DNA of 64,000 nucleotides from Candidatus Nomurabacteria bacterium. GTDB lineage: Bacteria > Patescibacteriota > WWE3 > UBA101185 > UBA10185. The stretch is taken from the NCBI GenBank assembly GCA_020631855.1, contig JACKGU010000002.1:298615-362614 (forward strand), written 5' to 3'. Positions 40,491-49,095 of the stretch are shown piece by piece. The first letter of the stretch is position 1, and each line of letters opens with the position of its first letter. The translations under genes were made by a program, and so were the position numbers. The notes beneath the pieces were generated by a model, which was not told where the DNA came from, did not search any database, and was given only the letters and a program-made list of their open reading frames with translations.

Positions 40491-41240
40491 TTACTTATAC
40501 CTTCCAAGAAGGTCATTTATTCTTACTTTTAGAACATCGGTCGACATTCTAAATGTGTTTTCAAAAAAATTTAATCTGGTTGTTTTAACGTATTTCCAAA
40601 TAACAGGTAATTCTTTAACTTTATACTTGAATTTTTTTGCTAGATATAAAACTTCGACATCAAATGCTCCGAACTGCGGGCGATTTATTTCAGGCGCATT
40701 TTCCCCATAAACCTGCAGCTTTGAGAAGATCACCTTTGCCGGCTCTCTTCTAAATAATTTGAATCCGCATTGAGAGTCTTTAATGCCCGGAAGTGCGAAA
40801 GCTTGAACCCACGCATTAAAAATTCTTCCCGCTAAATGTCTTGTAAGAGGCTCGTTAATACGAACAGCGCCCGCGCCTTCTCGCGAAGCAATCACTATGT
40901 CGTAGTTATGCTCTGTAATCCACGAAGCTAGCTTTTTCAACTCCTCTATAGGAGTAGCAAGGTCTGCATCGCACATATAAATATAATCGCCTTTGGCCTG
41001 ATACATCCCGGACCAGACGGCAGCGCTTTTACCTTTATGCTTGTTTTTTATTATTACAAGTTCTTTATAAGAAGAAGTGAGGTTTTCCAGTATCTGTACA
41101 GTATTGTCGGAGCTGCCATCGTCAACCACAATAACCTCAAATTTCTCTGAAAAAGTTCTCATAAAAGTTATGACTTGGTTTATTGTATTGGCGATTTTAT
41201 CTGACTCGTTGTAAACGGGTATAACAATGGTGTATTCCAT
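40491..41240 (-). CDS. GT2 polyprenyl-phosphate sugar synthase (Dpm1-like, soluble)
   Basis: 'YTIVIPVYNESDKIANTINQV', 'VVDDGSSDNT', 'CDADLATPIEEL'. Confidence 0.85.
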   Translation of the reverse strand: MEYTIVIPVYNESDKIANTINQVITFMRTFSEKFEVIVVDDGSSDNTVQILENLTSSYKELVIIKNKHKGKSAAVWSGMYQAKGDYIYMCDADLATPIEELKKLASWITEHNYDIVIASREGAGAVRINEPLTRHLAGRIFNAWVQAFALPGIKDSQCGFKLFRREPAKVIFSKLQVYGENAPEINRPQFGAFDVEVLYLAKKFKYKVKELPVIWKYVKTTRLNFFENTFRMSTDVLKVRINDLLGRYK

Positions 41241-41258
41241 ATGATCAATAATTATACA

Positions 41259-42392
41259 CTATTTTTTCTTCCAAATGACCTTGCTATAAATTGTAAAGTT
41301 CCACACTAATCCAATAAATATACCTATAAAAAAAGCGCCGTTTCTAACAAAAAATGACTCGCCAAAGGTCTGCTCAGAAAAATGAATTAAGAAACTTCTA
41401 AAGACAATTGGTAAATATGATGTTGCGTAGTAAAAACCTAGCTTAGCCGCAAGCTCAATCTTAGAACCTATTTTTCGAGCTGAAAACGACCAAAAATTAT
41501 TCAGGGTGAATGTAACAAACATTGCAATAAATCCCGACACTAAACTTTCTACAGAGGAGCTCATGTGCAAGAGATCGTGTAAACTAACCGCATAAAGAAT
41601 ATTAAACAGTGCTGAATCAGTAAACAGGCCAATTAATCCGACTCCAAGAAATTTAAAGAACGATTCGTTTTGTCTGTATCTTAGAGTTAAAACCGTTTTT
41701 AGAGAGTCTTGGAAATTATCTTTTTCCATTTTCGAATCCCCTCTATCTCTTAAGCCAAAGGCGATAGGAACTTCAGTTATCTTTGCACCGAGTTTATGCA
41801 TTTTATATAAAAGGTCTATTTTATATGCAAAACCTTTAGAAAGGATACTATCCAGATCTATTTTGTCTACAAAGCCACGAACACGTGAAGCCCTAAAACC
41901 CGACGTAAAGTCATTAACATTAAAAATTCCTAAAACTATCTTGGAAAAATAACTACCGCCTATACTTAATAGCTTTCTGTACAAGGCCCAATCAGATGGG
42001 ATAGAGCCCCCCTTTGCGAATCTTGAACCTATTGCGTAATCCGCCCCGGCATCAAGTGCAGCAATTAATCTTGGGATGTCGGCGGGATTGTGCTGAAAAT
42101 CAGCGTCCATCTCTACTACTACATCAGCTGACATTTCAGACATAGCATATTTAAAAGCATAAATGTAAGCCGCCCCCAGACCTCGTTTCTCGGGTTCAAG
42201 TATTACGCTCACAAAAGGGTAGAGCGCGCTCATTTCTTTAACTTTTTCCGCAGTACCGTCTGGAGAATTTCCATCCACAAAAAGAACCCTTACATCGTGA
42301 GAAAGTTCTTTAGTTTCCTGCCAAATCGCCGGAATTAAATTTCCTACATTTTCTACCTCATTATAAGTCGGGACTACAATTACAATTTTCAT
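41259..42392 (-). CDS. GT2 polyprenyl-phosphate sugar synthase (GtrB/ArnC-like) fused to a C-terminal GtrA-like 4-TM domain
   Basis: 'MKIVIVVPTYNEVENV', 'DADFQHNPADIPRLIAAL'. The C-terminus 'FFKFLGVGLIGLFTDSALFNILY..FTLNNFWSF' is GtrA-family-like. Confidence 0.85.
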   Translation of the reverse strand: MKIVIVVPTYNEVENVGNLIPAIWQETKELSHDVRVLFVDGNSPDGTAEKVKEMSALYPFVSVILEPEKRGLGAAYIYAFKYAMSEMSADVVVEMDADFQHNPADIPRLIAALDAGADYAIGSRFAKGGSIPSDWALYRKLLSIGGSYFSKIVLGIFNVNDFTSGFRASRVRGFVDKIDLDSILSKGFAYKIDLLYKMHKLGAKITEVPIAFGLRDRGDSKMEKDNFQDSLKTVLTLRYRQNESFFKFLGVGLIGLFTDSALFNILYAVSLHDLLHMSSSVESLVSGFIAMFVTFTLNNFWSFSARKIGSKIELAAKLGFYYATSYLPIVFRSFLIHFSEQTFGESFFVRNGAFFIGIFIGLVWNFTIYSKVIWKKK

Positions 42393-42395
42393 TTT

Positions 42396-42665
42396 TTATA
42401 AAGCCATTGTCATCATAACGAGAACAAAGACAAAGACGGAAAACGAGAAGTACTCCAAAACTATTTTAGCAGTAACCCGATCCTCAATTGCATGATGTAC
42501 TATACCCCAAACAAAATAAAATAGCGAACCTAAAAATAGAACAAAAGAGCTTATAACAAAACTGTAAGAGAAATAATCAAAAAAGAAAACGGTAAGTAAG
42601 AGCCCAACTATGAGAACTGTAAAATGTATAAAATGATGAGAGTTGCTTTTACCTATAATATGCAT
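42396..42665 (-). CDS. Small membrane protein (2-3 TM), unknown
   Basis: The 89-aa ORF is hydrophobic. Confidence 0.45.
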   Translation of the reverse strand: MHIIGKSNSHHFIHFTVLIVGLLLTVFFFDYFSYSFVISSFVLFLGSLFYFVWGIVHHAIEDRVTAKIVLEYFSFSVFVFVLVMMTMAL

Positions 42666-42671
42666 GATATA

Positions 42672-43694
42672 TCAAAGGACAGTGCCTGAACTTAGTACAA
42701 AAGAAACCCCTACTAATACAACAATTAAAAATATTATATGGGCGAGAGCGTGCCCGGAGACTCTCGAAATACCCTTCTTAGAAGAATACCAGATGTCCAA
42801 AAACAACAATGAAAGTATAAAAGATCCGAAAATTCCAAACAGCAGCTTAGCTGTTAGGGATAGGTCTAAAGACAAAACAACTTTCTCCTGCCCATCGGTT
42901 CCGGACATCGAGCTCTTAAAAACTAACGGCTCAAGAGGACTTTCTGAAGCATTTTTTGCCACAATATTTTCTTGGTTTAATGTCGCCAATGTTAGTTCGT
43001 TTTGCGCATTTACTTGAGAAATATTTTCGGCGCTTTTCCCTGAACTTGAGGACGGTACTTCTGCGACAGCAGAAGTACCAGGAAAATCCTGATTTTGATT
43101 CTGAGCTGAATAAGAAGGATTACGTAGAGTTCCAAACATCTGCACGACAAGCGTAGTCTGATATCCCTCCAGCTCCCCATTTCTTACGGCAAAGCCAATT
43201 TCGGAATAATTCGGGCTTAGAAGATTTTCTCTGTGGCTTGGAGATTTATACCAAGCATCAACTACAGCTTTAGAGTTATCAAAATTTTTTGCCAAATTTT
43301 CTCCGGCATAAGCATAGTCGTATTGCTCAGAGAGAATAAAATCCCAAGGCTTTACGTTTGTGGGAGAGATATGGGCCCAATAGTTATTTGTAAACATATC
43401 CTGAGCTTTCTTGTCAGCCGCTCTATTTAGAGCTTGGTTTATTGTTAGTTCTCCCAATCCGTGCTGCAACCTTATTTGGTTTGTATATCTAAGTAAGTCT
43501 TCGGAATTAATGTTCGAAGCATAACCCAAAACTCCAGGAGCCAACTGAGGAGTTGCTCTTATAATTAAAAAAGACAAGACCAGTACGATACAGTATGTAA
43601 AAATTGCAGCCTCAGTTAAAAGAGTGGCACGCTGCTTTCCGGAAGGATGCGGCAAAAAATGGTGTTTAAAACTTTTGCTAACTTTGCTTCCCAT
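42672..43694 (-). CDS. CAP/SCP/PR-1 (YkwD-like) domain protein, membrane anchored, with a Ser-rich linker
   Basis: 'YTNQIRLQHGL', 'WYKSPSHRENLLSPNYSEIGFAV'. There is one N-terminal TM and two C-terminal TM helices. Confidence 0.8.
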   Translation of the reverse strand: MGSKVSKSFKHHFLPHPSGKQRATLLTEAAIFTYCIVLVLSFLIIRATPQLAPGVLGYASNINSEDLLRYTNQIRLQHGLGELTINQALNRAADKKAQDMFTNNYWAHISPTNVKPWDFILSEQYDYAYAGENLAKNFDNSKAVVDAWYKSPSHRENLLSPNYSEIGFAVRNGELEGYQTTLVVQMFGTLRNPSYSAQNQNQDFPGTSAVAEVPSSSSGKSAENISQVNAQNELTLATLNQENIVAKNASESPLEPLVFKSSMSGTDGQEKVVLSLDLSLTAKLLFGIFGSFILSLLFLDIWYSSKKGISRVSGHALAHIIFLIVVLVGVSFVLSSGTVL

Positions 43695-43697
43695 ATT

Positions 43698-44054
43698 TTA
43701 TTCTCCAAGAATCAGATTCATTCGAACTATTGCGGCTATCATTAAAACTATCCAAAAAATTACCTCATAAAAAACTTTAGAATCGTGATTAATACTCCCC
43801 ATCACATATAAGAAAATGGTTGATAATACAATGTTTCCAACAGTCCAACCAATAATAAGCACTAAAATACTTACCGTAAAACTTGAATGCCTCATTAACG
43901 AAAGGCTTATAAAATAAAGTGCTGTAGCTAAAGCCCCCACAACGACCTCCGCTATATCTACCTTTTTCAAACCAAAAAGAGTGTAGAATTCGGTTTCAAT
44001 AAGAGATATTACTGAAAATGAAGCTATAAATGTGATAGGCCAGAGAAAGTCCAC
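43698..44054 (-). CDS. Small 4-TM membrane protein, unknown
   Basis: The 118-aa ORF is hydrophobic. Confidence 0.5.
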   Translation of the reverse strand: MDFLWPITFIASFSVISLIETEFYTLFGLKKVDIAEVVVGALATALYFISLSLMRHSSFTVSILVLIIGWTVGNIVLSTIFLYVMGSINHDSKVFYEVIFWIVLMIAAIVRMNLILGE

Positions 44055-44075
44055 ACATCAATTATATAACCACAA

Positions 44076-44104
44076 TTGCAAAAAGAAAAAGACTCTGATA
44101 TATT
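44076..44104 (+). promoter_or_regulatory. Candidate sigma70-type promoter TTGCAA-N17-TATATT ending 6 nt before the speH ATG
   Basis: 'ttgcaa aaagaaaaagactctga tatatt cctggt ATG'. There is no SD, so this is a leaderless candidate. Confidence 0.3.
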
Positions 44105-44110
44105 CCTGGT

Positions 44111-44533
44111 ATGACTGCCTATAAAAACATTGAGACGACTACTTTTGGGCCCCACTTAATTTTTGACGCCTATGGATGTCCTTATAAAACTCTAAGTAAC
44201 ATGGAGCTATGTTTTGGAATACTATCCGATCTTGCCGATCTTGCTGGTATGAAAAAAATGACAGAGCCCTATGTAATAAAAGCTACAAGCAACGAATTTA
44301 TGGGAGGAAAAGATCCGGGAGGATTTAGTGGATTCGTTATTATCCAAGAATCTCATATTAGTATACATACTTTCGCGAAAAGAGGTTTTGCTACTGTAGA
44401 CCTGTACTCATGCAAAAACTTTGAACCTGAAAGTGCTGTAGAGTACCTTAAAAAAACCCTACAGCCTAGAGATGTTGATGTAATAAAACTGGATCGAGGA
44501 CTTAAATACCCCAAGCAGAACATATATAAATAA
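44111..44533 (+). CDS. speH: S-adenosylmethionine decarboxylase proenzyme (pyruvoyl-dependent, class 1b)
   Basis: 'GPHLIFDAYGC', 'GFSGFVIIQESHISIHTFAKRGFATVDLYSC'. The self-cleavage site is ES|H. Confidence 0.9.
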   Translation: MTAYKNIETTTFGPHLIFDAYGCPYKTLSNMELCFGILSDLADLAGMKKMTEPYVIKATSNEFMGGKDPGGFSGFVIIQESHISIHTFAKRGFATVDLYSCKNFEPESAVEYLKKTLQPRDVDVIKLDRGLKYPKQNIYK

Positions 44534-44620
44534 ATGGTGTATTCTTCACAACGTACTTTACTCGCAACATAAAATAAGCACGGAATAGGCTGCGAAACAA
44601 AAAAACTCAGCTAAACTAAT

Positions 44621-45667
44621 TTAGAGTATTGCTGAAAGCCTCTTTCTTTTTCTGCTCGACCAAGAAGTATTATGGTAGGCGTAGCTCGCTATCAAGGGAA
44701 GAACGGAGGTTGCCTCAGCGAAAACCATTTGTTGATGAGAAAGAGATACCTTGCCCCAAGACTGAGCCTCTGAAAGCGTCGAGCTTGAACAGGCCCCATC
44801 TCTGACATCAGCGACAGTTATTTGAACAGCGTATTTGTGCATGGGAACCTCTATTCCCTGGGTTTCAGCACATATAACGGTATCCTGAGCAAAGTTTTTC
44901 GGTGCCCCGCCACCAATCATCATTAAACCGGAGTTTTCCGAGGCAATCTTTACTGCCGTAAGCTCACGTAGATCTTTTACGGAATCTATTGAGACGTGTT
45001 TTTCAGGACGCTCTGCTTGATGTAAAACAAGACCAAACCCGGCGCTGCTGTCGGAAAATGCGGGACAAAACACAGGCACTTGATTTTTATATGCCTGCAG
45101 CACTAATGAATCTTCCTTTTTTCCGGATTTTTCCAAATATCTTCCCATTTCGACTATAAACTCCCTTGAAGATAAAACTCCTTCTCCAATGGAGTTTGCA
45201 ATATCACGCACAACGCTATCGCATACCTGAAGTTGTTCTTCGTCGATATATGTATCGTAGATTCTATCTATATACAAATCTCTTAGAGTATCATCAGGTA
45301 CCTCAAATTCTCGAACGTAATGCCTAAAACCTAAAGCCTCAAAAAAATCCATATCAACTATGCTTGCACCCGTTGCTACAACAACATCAACCAAATTGTA
45401 CTTGATCAGATCAGAATAGATTTTCATACAGCCCGCGGCACTTGTACTTCCGGCTATAGTTAAGATTACAGTACAAGATTCGTCATTTATCATGTCAACA
45501 AATATCTGTGCGGCGTTTGAAACTTCCCGTGACGTGAATCCCATAGATCCCATAGAATCAACAAAAGACGTAGGTTCTAGCTTAGTGATGTCTATGTGTT
45601 CGATGGGTTTTGCGAGCAGATCTTTTTTACTATACGGCACAGTTAACTTAACTCCTAAAGCTAGCAC
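44621..45667 (-). CDS. Deoxyhypusine synthase-like protein (DHS family; possible homospermidine synthase)
   Basis: 'VILTIAGSTSAAGCMKIYSDLIKYNLVDVVVATGASIVDMDFFEALG' is the DHS NAD-binding core. Confidence 0.88.
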   Translation of the reverse strand: MLALGVKLTVPYSKKDLLAKPIEHIDITKLEPTSFVDSMGSMGFTSREVSNAAQIFVDMINDESCTVILTIAGSTSAAGCMKIYSDLIKYNLVDVVVATGASIVDMDFFEALGFRHYVREFEVPDDTLRDLYIDRIYDTYIDEEQLQVCDSVVRDIANSIGEGVLSSREFIVEMGRYLEKSGKKEDSLVLQAYKNQVPVFCPAFSDSSAGFGLVLHQAERPEKHVSIDSVKDLRELTAVKIASENSGLMMIGGGAPKNFAQDTVICAETQGIEVPMHKYAVQITVADVRDGACSSSTLSEAQSWGKVSLSHQQMVFAEATSVLPLIASYAYHNTSWSSRKRKRLSAIL

Positions 45668-45754
45668 GTTAGTAGCTTTATATATTTATATTAAGAATGA
45701 CAAGAAACAGCCGTTGTGTCAAATATATCTCTCTGAATTAAAACGAAAATCCTT

Positions 45755-46624
45755 TTAATTTTGAAAGCTAAGAAATTTATAACCTAGCATTTTTCTAATT
45801 AGTAGAGCGGTGTTAAAGGCGCATTTTGTCGGAGACTCTCTGCCTATCAATTCAACCACATCCACGGCTATTACGTCGTACTTTTTAAATATATGCTTTA
45901 ATATGCGTAAAGTTTGATACCACCCTAAACCTCCCGGTTCAGGAGTTCCCGTTAACGATACAACGCTGGCATCAAATACATCGACGTCAAATGTTATATA
46001 AACTTTTTTGTTTCTAATCACTTTCGACAAATATTCCTGAACTTCTTTATCGCTCATTTCAAATAAATCTTTTGCATATAAAATCGGGTAGTCATTTTTC
46101 TTTATATAGGACGCCGCGTCCTCCCCCATGCTCCTAATGCCTAATGCCAAAGTATTAGGAAACATCTCACTTGCCCTTCTCATAACACATGCGTGGCTTT
46201 TTTTTGAAGGAGGATAAAAAGACCTCAAATCCGCGTGGGCGTCAAATTGAATGATACTTACGTCTTCTTCCACCTGCTTTAAACCCTCAAGCAAGCCAAT
46301 CGTAATAGAATGCTCTCCTCCAACAGAAACTATAAATTTACCGGATTTATAATGTTTTAGGAACTCTTTACCTATATATTTTAGATTTGCGTCATGGTCT
46401 TCTGAAAAATCCGCGACATCAACGTGGCTAATACCATATATATGGGGCTTGAACTGAAGTTCTTCGTCATATAGCTCGACATTGGCGGAGGCATGCAAAA
46501 CTGCCGAGGGCCCAAGATCGCACCCGGCCATAAAAGACACGGTGTGCTCATAAGGTATGCTAATGATACAAGCCTTTGATCCTTTATATTGTGCGTATTT
46601 TTTATTAATATTAAAGAAATGCAC
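45755..46624 (-). CDS. speB: Agmatinase (ureohydrolase/arginase family)
   Basis: The Mn-binding motifs are 'GGEHSIT', 'FDAHADL' and 'DVDVFD'. Confidence 0.88.
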   Translation of the reverse strand: MHFFNINKKYAQYKGSKACIISIPYEHTVSFMAGCDLGPSAVLHASANVELYDEELQFKPHIYGISHVDVADFSEDHDANLKYIGKEFLKHYKSGKFIVSVGGEHSITIGLLEGLKQVEEDVSIIQFDAHADLRSFYPPSKKSHACVMRRASEMFPNTLALGIRSMGEDAASYIKKNDYPILYAKDLFEMSDKEVQEYLSKVIRNKKVYITFDVDVFDASVVSLTGTPEPGGLGWYQTLRILKHIFKKYDVIAVDVVELIGRESPTKCAFNTALLIRKMLGYKFLSFQN

Positions 46625-46682
46625 ACCCTATGCTACCACAAATAACTTGACTAATAAAAAACAAAAATGGGATAATTAATCA

Positions 46683-47492
46683 ATGAAATCTCTGCCTCTG
46701 CCTAAAATCTATATCATATTAACTATATTTTGGATAATCTACTGGATAGCACTACAATTTTTTAGTCCGGAAAGCAGATATTTTTATGACATATTTGCAA
46801 TAGTGCTATTTGCACAGCCTCTTTATGGAAGCGTAAAAGCTGCAATAAATTCAAAAAAATGGAACGGGCGCAAAAGTGCGGTCGGTAGAATTTTAATTTT
46901 AATATCATTAGGGCTGTTTGCTTGGTCACTTGGGCAGCTCGCTTACACAATTATTTCTTTCTTTGTTGAAGAAGTACCTTACCCCGGGCTGCCAGACATC
47001 TTCTTTATATTCATCGATCCTTTCTACTCTTTTGCAATGTTTAACCTAATCTTAGTCGGAGGAATTGTCTCTAACATTAAAAAGAGCTTAGTCCTTAATG
47101 TATCACTTCTAACAACCACAATTGTGGCATTAACATTCACTACACTCTATCTTCTTTTCAACGACCTTTCTTATTTCGAAACTTTTGACCTTGCTATAGC
47201 GGTAGACCTTCTATATTCATTCGGCAGCATTGTCGTAATATCCTTAGTTGCAATAAATATTATGTTCAGCCGTCTGGGAGGTAAAATGAAAGTAGGCTTA
47301 TACTGCCTTTTAGCAGGATTTGTATTCCAGTATATTGGGGACATCTCCTACTCTTTGCTCGAACCTCTTGGACAAGCATACAGCGCCAGCATGCCGGATT
47401 TTCTATTTTACATAGCAACTTCCCTAGTTTCATTAGCAGGCATGATGATTAATGCTGAACTTATATCAACTACTAGAGGAGAACGCGAATGA
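46683..47492 (+). CDS. 7-TM membrane protein, unknown; possible sensory partner of the downstream kinase
   Basis: The 269-aa ORF has about 7 hydrophobic helices. It is the first gene of a 3-gene plus-strand unit. Confidence 0.6.
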   Translation: MKSLPLPKIYIILTIFWIIYWIALQFFSPESRYFYDIFAIVLFAQPLYGSVKAAINSKKWNGRKSAVGRILILISLGLFAWSLGQLAYTIISFFVEEVPYPGLPDIFFIFIDPFYSFAMFNLILVGGIVSNIKKSLVLNVSLLTTTIVALTFTTLYLLFNDLSYFETFDLAIAVDLLYSFGSIVVISLVAINIMFSRLGGKMKVGLYCLLAGFVFQYIGDISYSLLEPLGQAYSASMPDFLFYIATSLVSLAGMMINAELISTTRGERE

Positions 47493-47797
47493 CCGATGAG
47501 CAGCTGAAAAGGCTAGTTCTAGCTATTATTAAGAAACAGACACAGATAATAGGAGAGAATCTTGCTCTCGAACGTGCCGTAAACACAGGTTTAATTCAGA
47601 TTTCGTCTAAAGATGCGAGAAATCTGACTATAGAGCAGATTCATTTTTCCGGTGCCGATAACGAAGTAGTAACTAGATTAATTGAGTCCTACAGAGAGAT
47701 ATTCGGCCAAGCTTCCGTAGATGTGTGTGTAAATATTCTACGGGAAAACTTTCCTAATGATTTTCGAACTGTTATACCTCAAACTCTCCTGGTCTAA
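47489..47797 (+). CDS. Hypothetical small soluble protein
   Basis: The 102-aa ORF overlaps the upstream gene by 4 nt. The downstream gene starts 4 nt after its stop. Confidence 0.5.
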   Translation: MTDEQLKRLVLAIIKKQTQIIGENLALERAVNTGLIQISSKDARNLTIEQIHFSGADNEVVTRLIESYREIFGQASVDVCVNILRENFPNDFRTVIPQTLLV

Positions 47798-47800
47798 AAA

Positions 47801-48979
47801 ATGAGATCAAATAAAACGGATCAATTCCAAAAGGTTGCTCAGGAAATATATAAGAAAAATCTCGAACTCTACAATGAGCGAAAGAGGGCCGAGCTTCTAC
47901 TATATAAAGTGTCCGAGGCGATCTACGCAACAGACCCTAAAGGCAAAATCACTCTCTTCAACCACACGCTGGAGAAAATGCTAAACACAACATCTGCTGA
48001 AGTAATTGGGAAAAAAGCTTCTGACATAATTTCAATAACAACAGAGAAGGGGGAGGCGATCGATATAACATCATTTTATAGAATGACTGAAAATTTTGGG
48101 ATTCCTGATACCGCCATTCTGTTATCGCCCGAAGGGAAAAAATACTATGTGCATATCAAAGTGTCTGTTATTAAAACAGGCGAAAACAACATAGAGCACC
48201 TTGTTACAATGAGTGATATCACAAAAGAGAAGGAATTGGAAAAAACAAAGGATGACTTCGTATCCATTGCCTCACATGAGCTTAGAACACCAATGTCAAT
48301 AATAAAAAGCTACCTGTGGATGCTTTCTGCAGGAAAAGGAGGGAAATTATCTAAAAAACAGGCTATTTATGTAGAAAAATCGATGAAAAGCACAGATAGA
48401 ATGATTGCGCTTATTAATGACATGCTAAACATTTCACGTATAGAAGAGGGCAGAGTTAAGATCGAAGAAAAAAGGCTTAACCTAGATCTAATTTTACCCG
48501 ATATTATTGAAGAGTTAGAAATTAAAACCGCCGAAAAAGATCTTTATTTAAAGCTGGAAAACAAAACAAACGTGAGATATGTTTATGGAGACAGGCAAAA
48601 AATTAGAGAGATTTTTGTAAACCTTGTCGGTAATGCCATAAAATTCACACAAACCGGAGGAATAACTGTGAAAATAGAGAGACTTAAAAATGCAAGGCAC
48701 GTTAAATTTTCTATAATTGATACCGGAAAAGGAATTTCTTCAACAGACACACAAATGCTCTTCAAAAAATTCCAACGACTAGAAAACTCTTACAAGACGG
48801 TTGCTGAGGCCGGAGGCACAGGACTGGGCCTATACATTGTAAAACTATACGTGTCTAAAATGGGCGGCGAGGTGGGCGTATTCTCAGGCGGTCCCGACAA
48901 AGGCAGTACTTTTTGGTTTACTTTACCAACAACCAAACAACAGGAAGATGCGGTTTCTTTGAGCACCCAGCAGCCTTAG
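47801..48979 (+). CDS. Sensor histidine kinase (cytoplasmic PAS + HisKA + HATPase_c)
   Basis: H-box 'HELRTPMSIIKSY', N-box 'LVGNAIKF', G-box 'GTGLGLYIV'. No TM segment. No response regulator lies nearby. Confidence 0.9.
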   Translation: MRSNKTDQFQKVAQEIYKKNLELYNERKRAELLLYKVSEAIYATDPKGKITLFNHTLEKMLNTTSAEVIGKKASDIISITTEKGEAIDITSFYRMTENFGIPDTAILLSPEGKKYYVHIKVSVIKTGENNIEHLVTMSDITKEKELEKTKDDFVSIASHELRTPMSIIKSYLWMLSAGKGGKLSKKQAIYVEKSMKSTDRMIALINDMLNISRIEEGRVKIEEKRLNLDLILPDIIEELEIKTAEKDLYLKLENKTNVRYVYGDRQKIREIFVNLVGNAIKFTQTGGITVKIERLKNARHVKFSIIDTGKGISSTDTQMLFKKFQRLENSYKTVAEAGGTGLGLYIVKLYVSKMGGEVGVFSGGPDKGSTFWFTLPTTKQQEDAVSLSTQQP

Positions 48980-49048
48980 CATAAGGTAATTTAAAACTCT
49001 AAACTCAATTAATTCTTCTTCAGAGCGGCTTTTGCTTATAGAAACGAG

Positions 49049-49078
49049 AAGGCGGGCCTGATGGCCCGCCTTAAAAAA
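49049..49078. terminator. GC-rich hairpin between the convergent histidine kinase and hup genes; probable bidirectional or hup terminator
   Basis: 'aaggcgggcc tgat ggcccgcctt' is a 10-bp stem flanked by A6 on the plus strand and a U-containing tract on the minus strand. Confidence 0.35.
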
Positions 49079-49095
49079 CCTAGATTAAACTAAGC

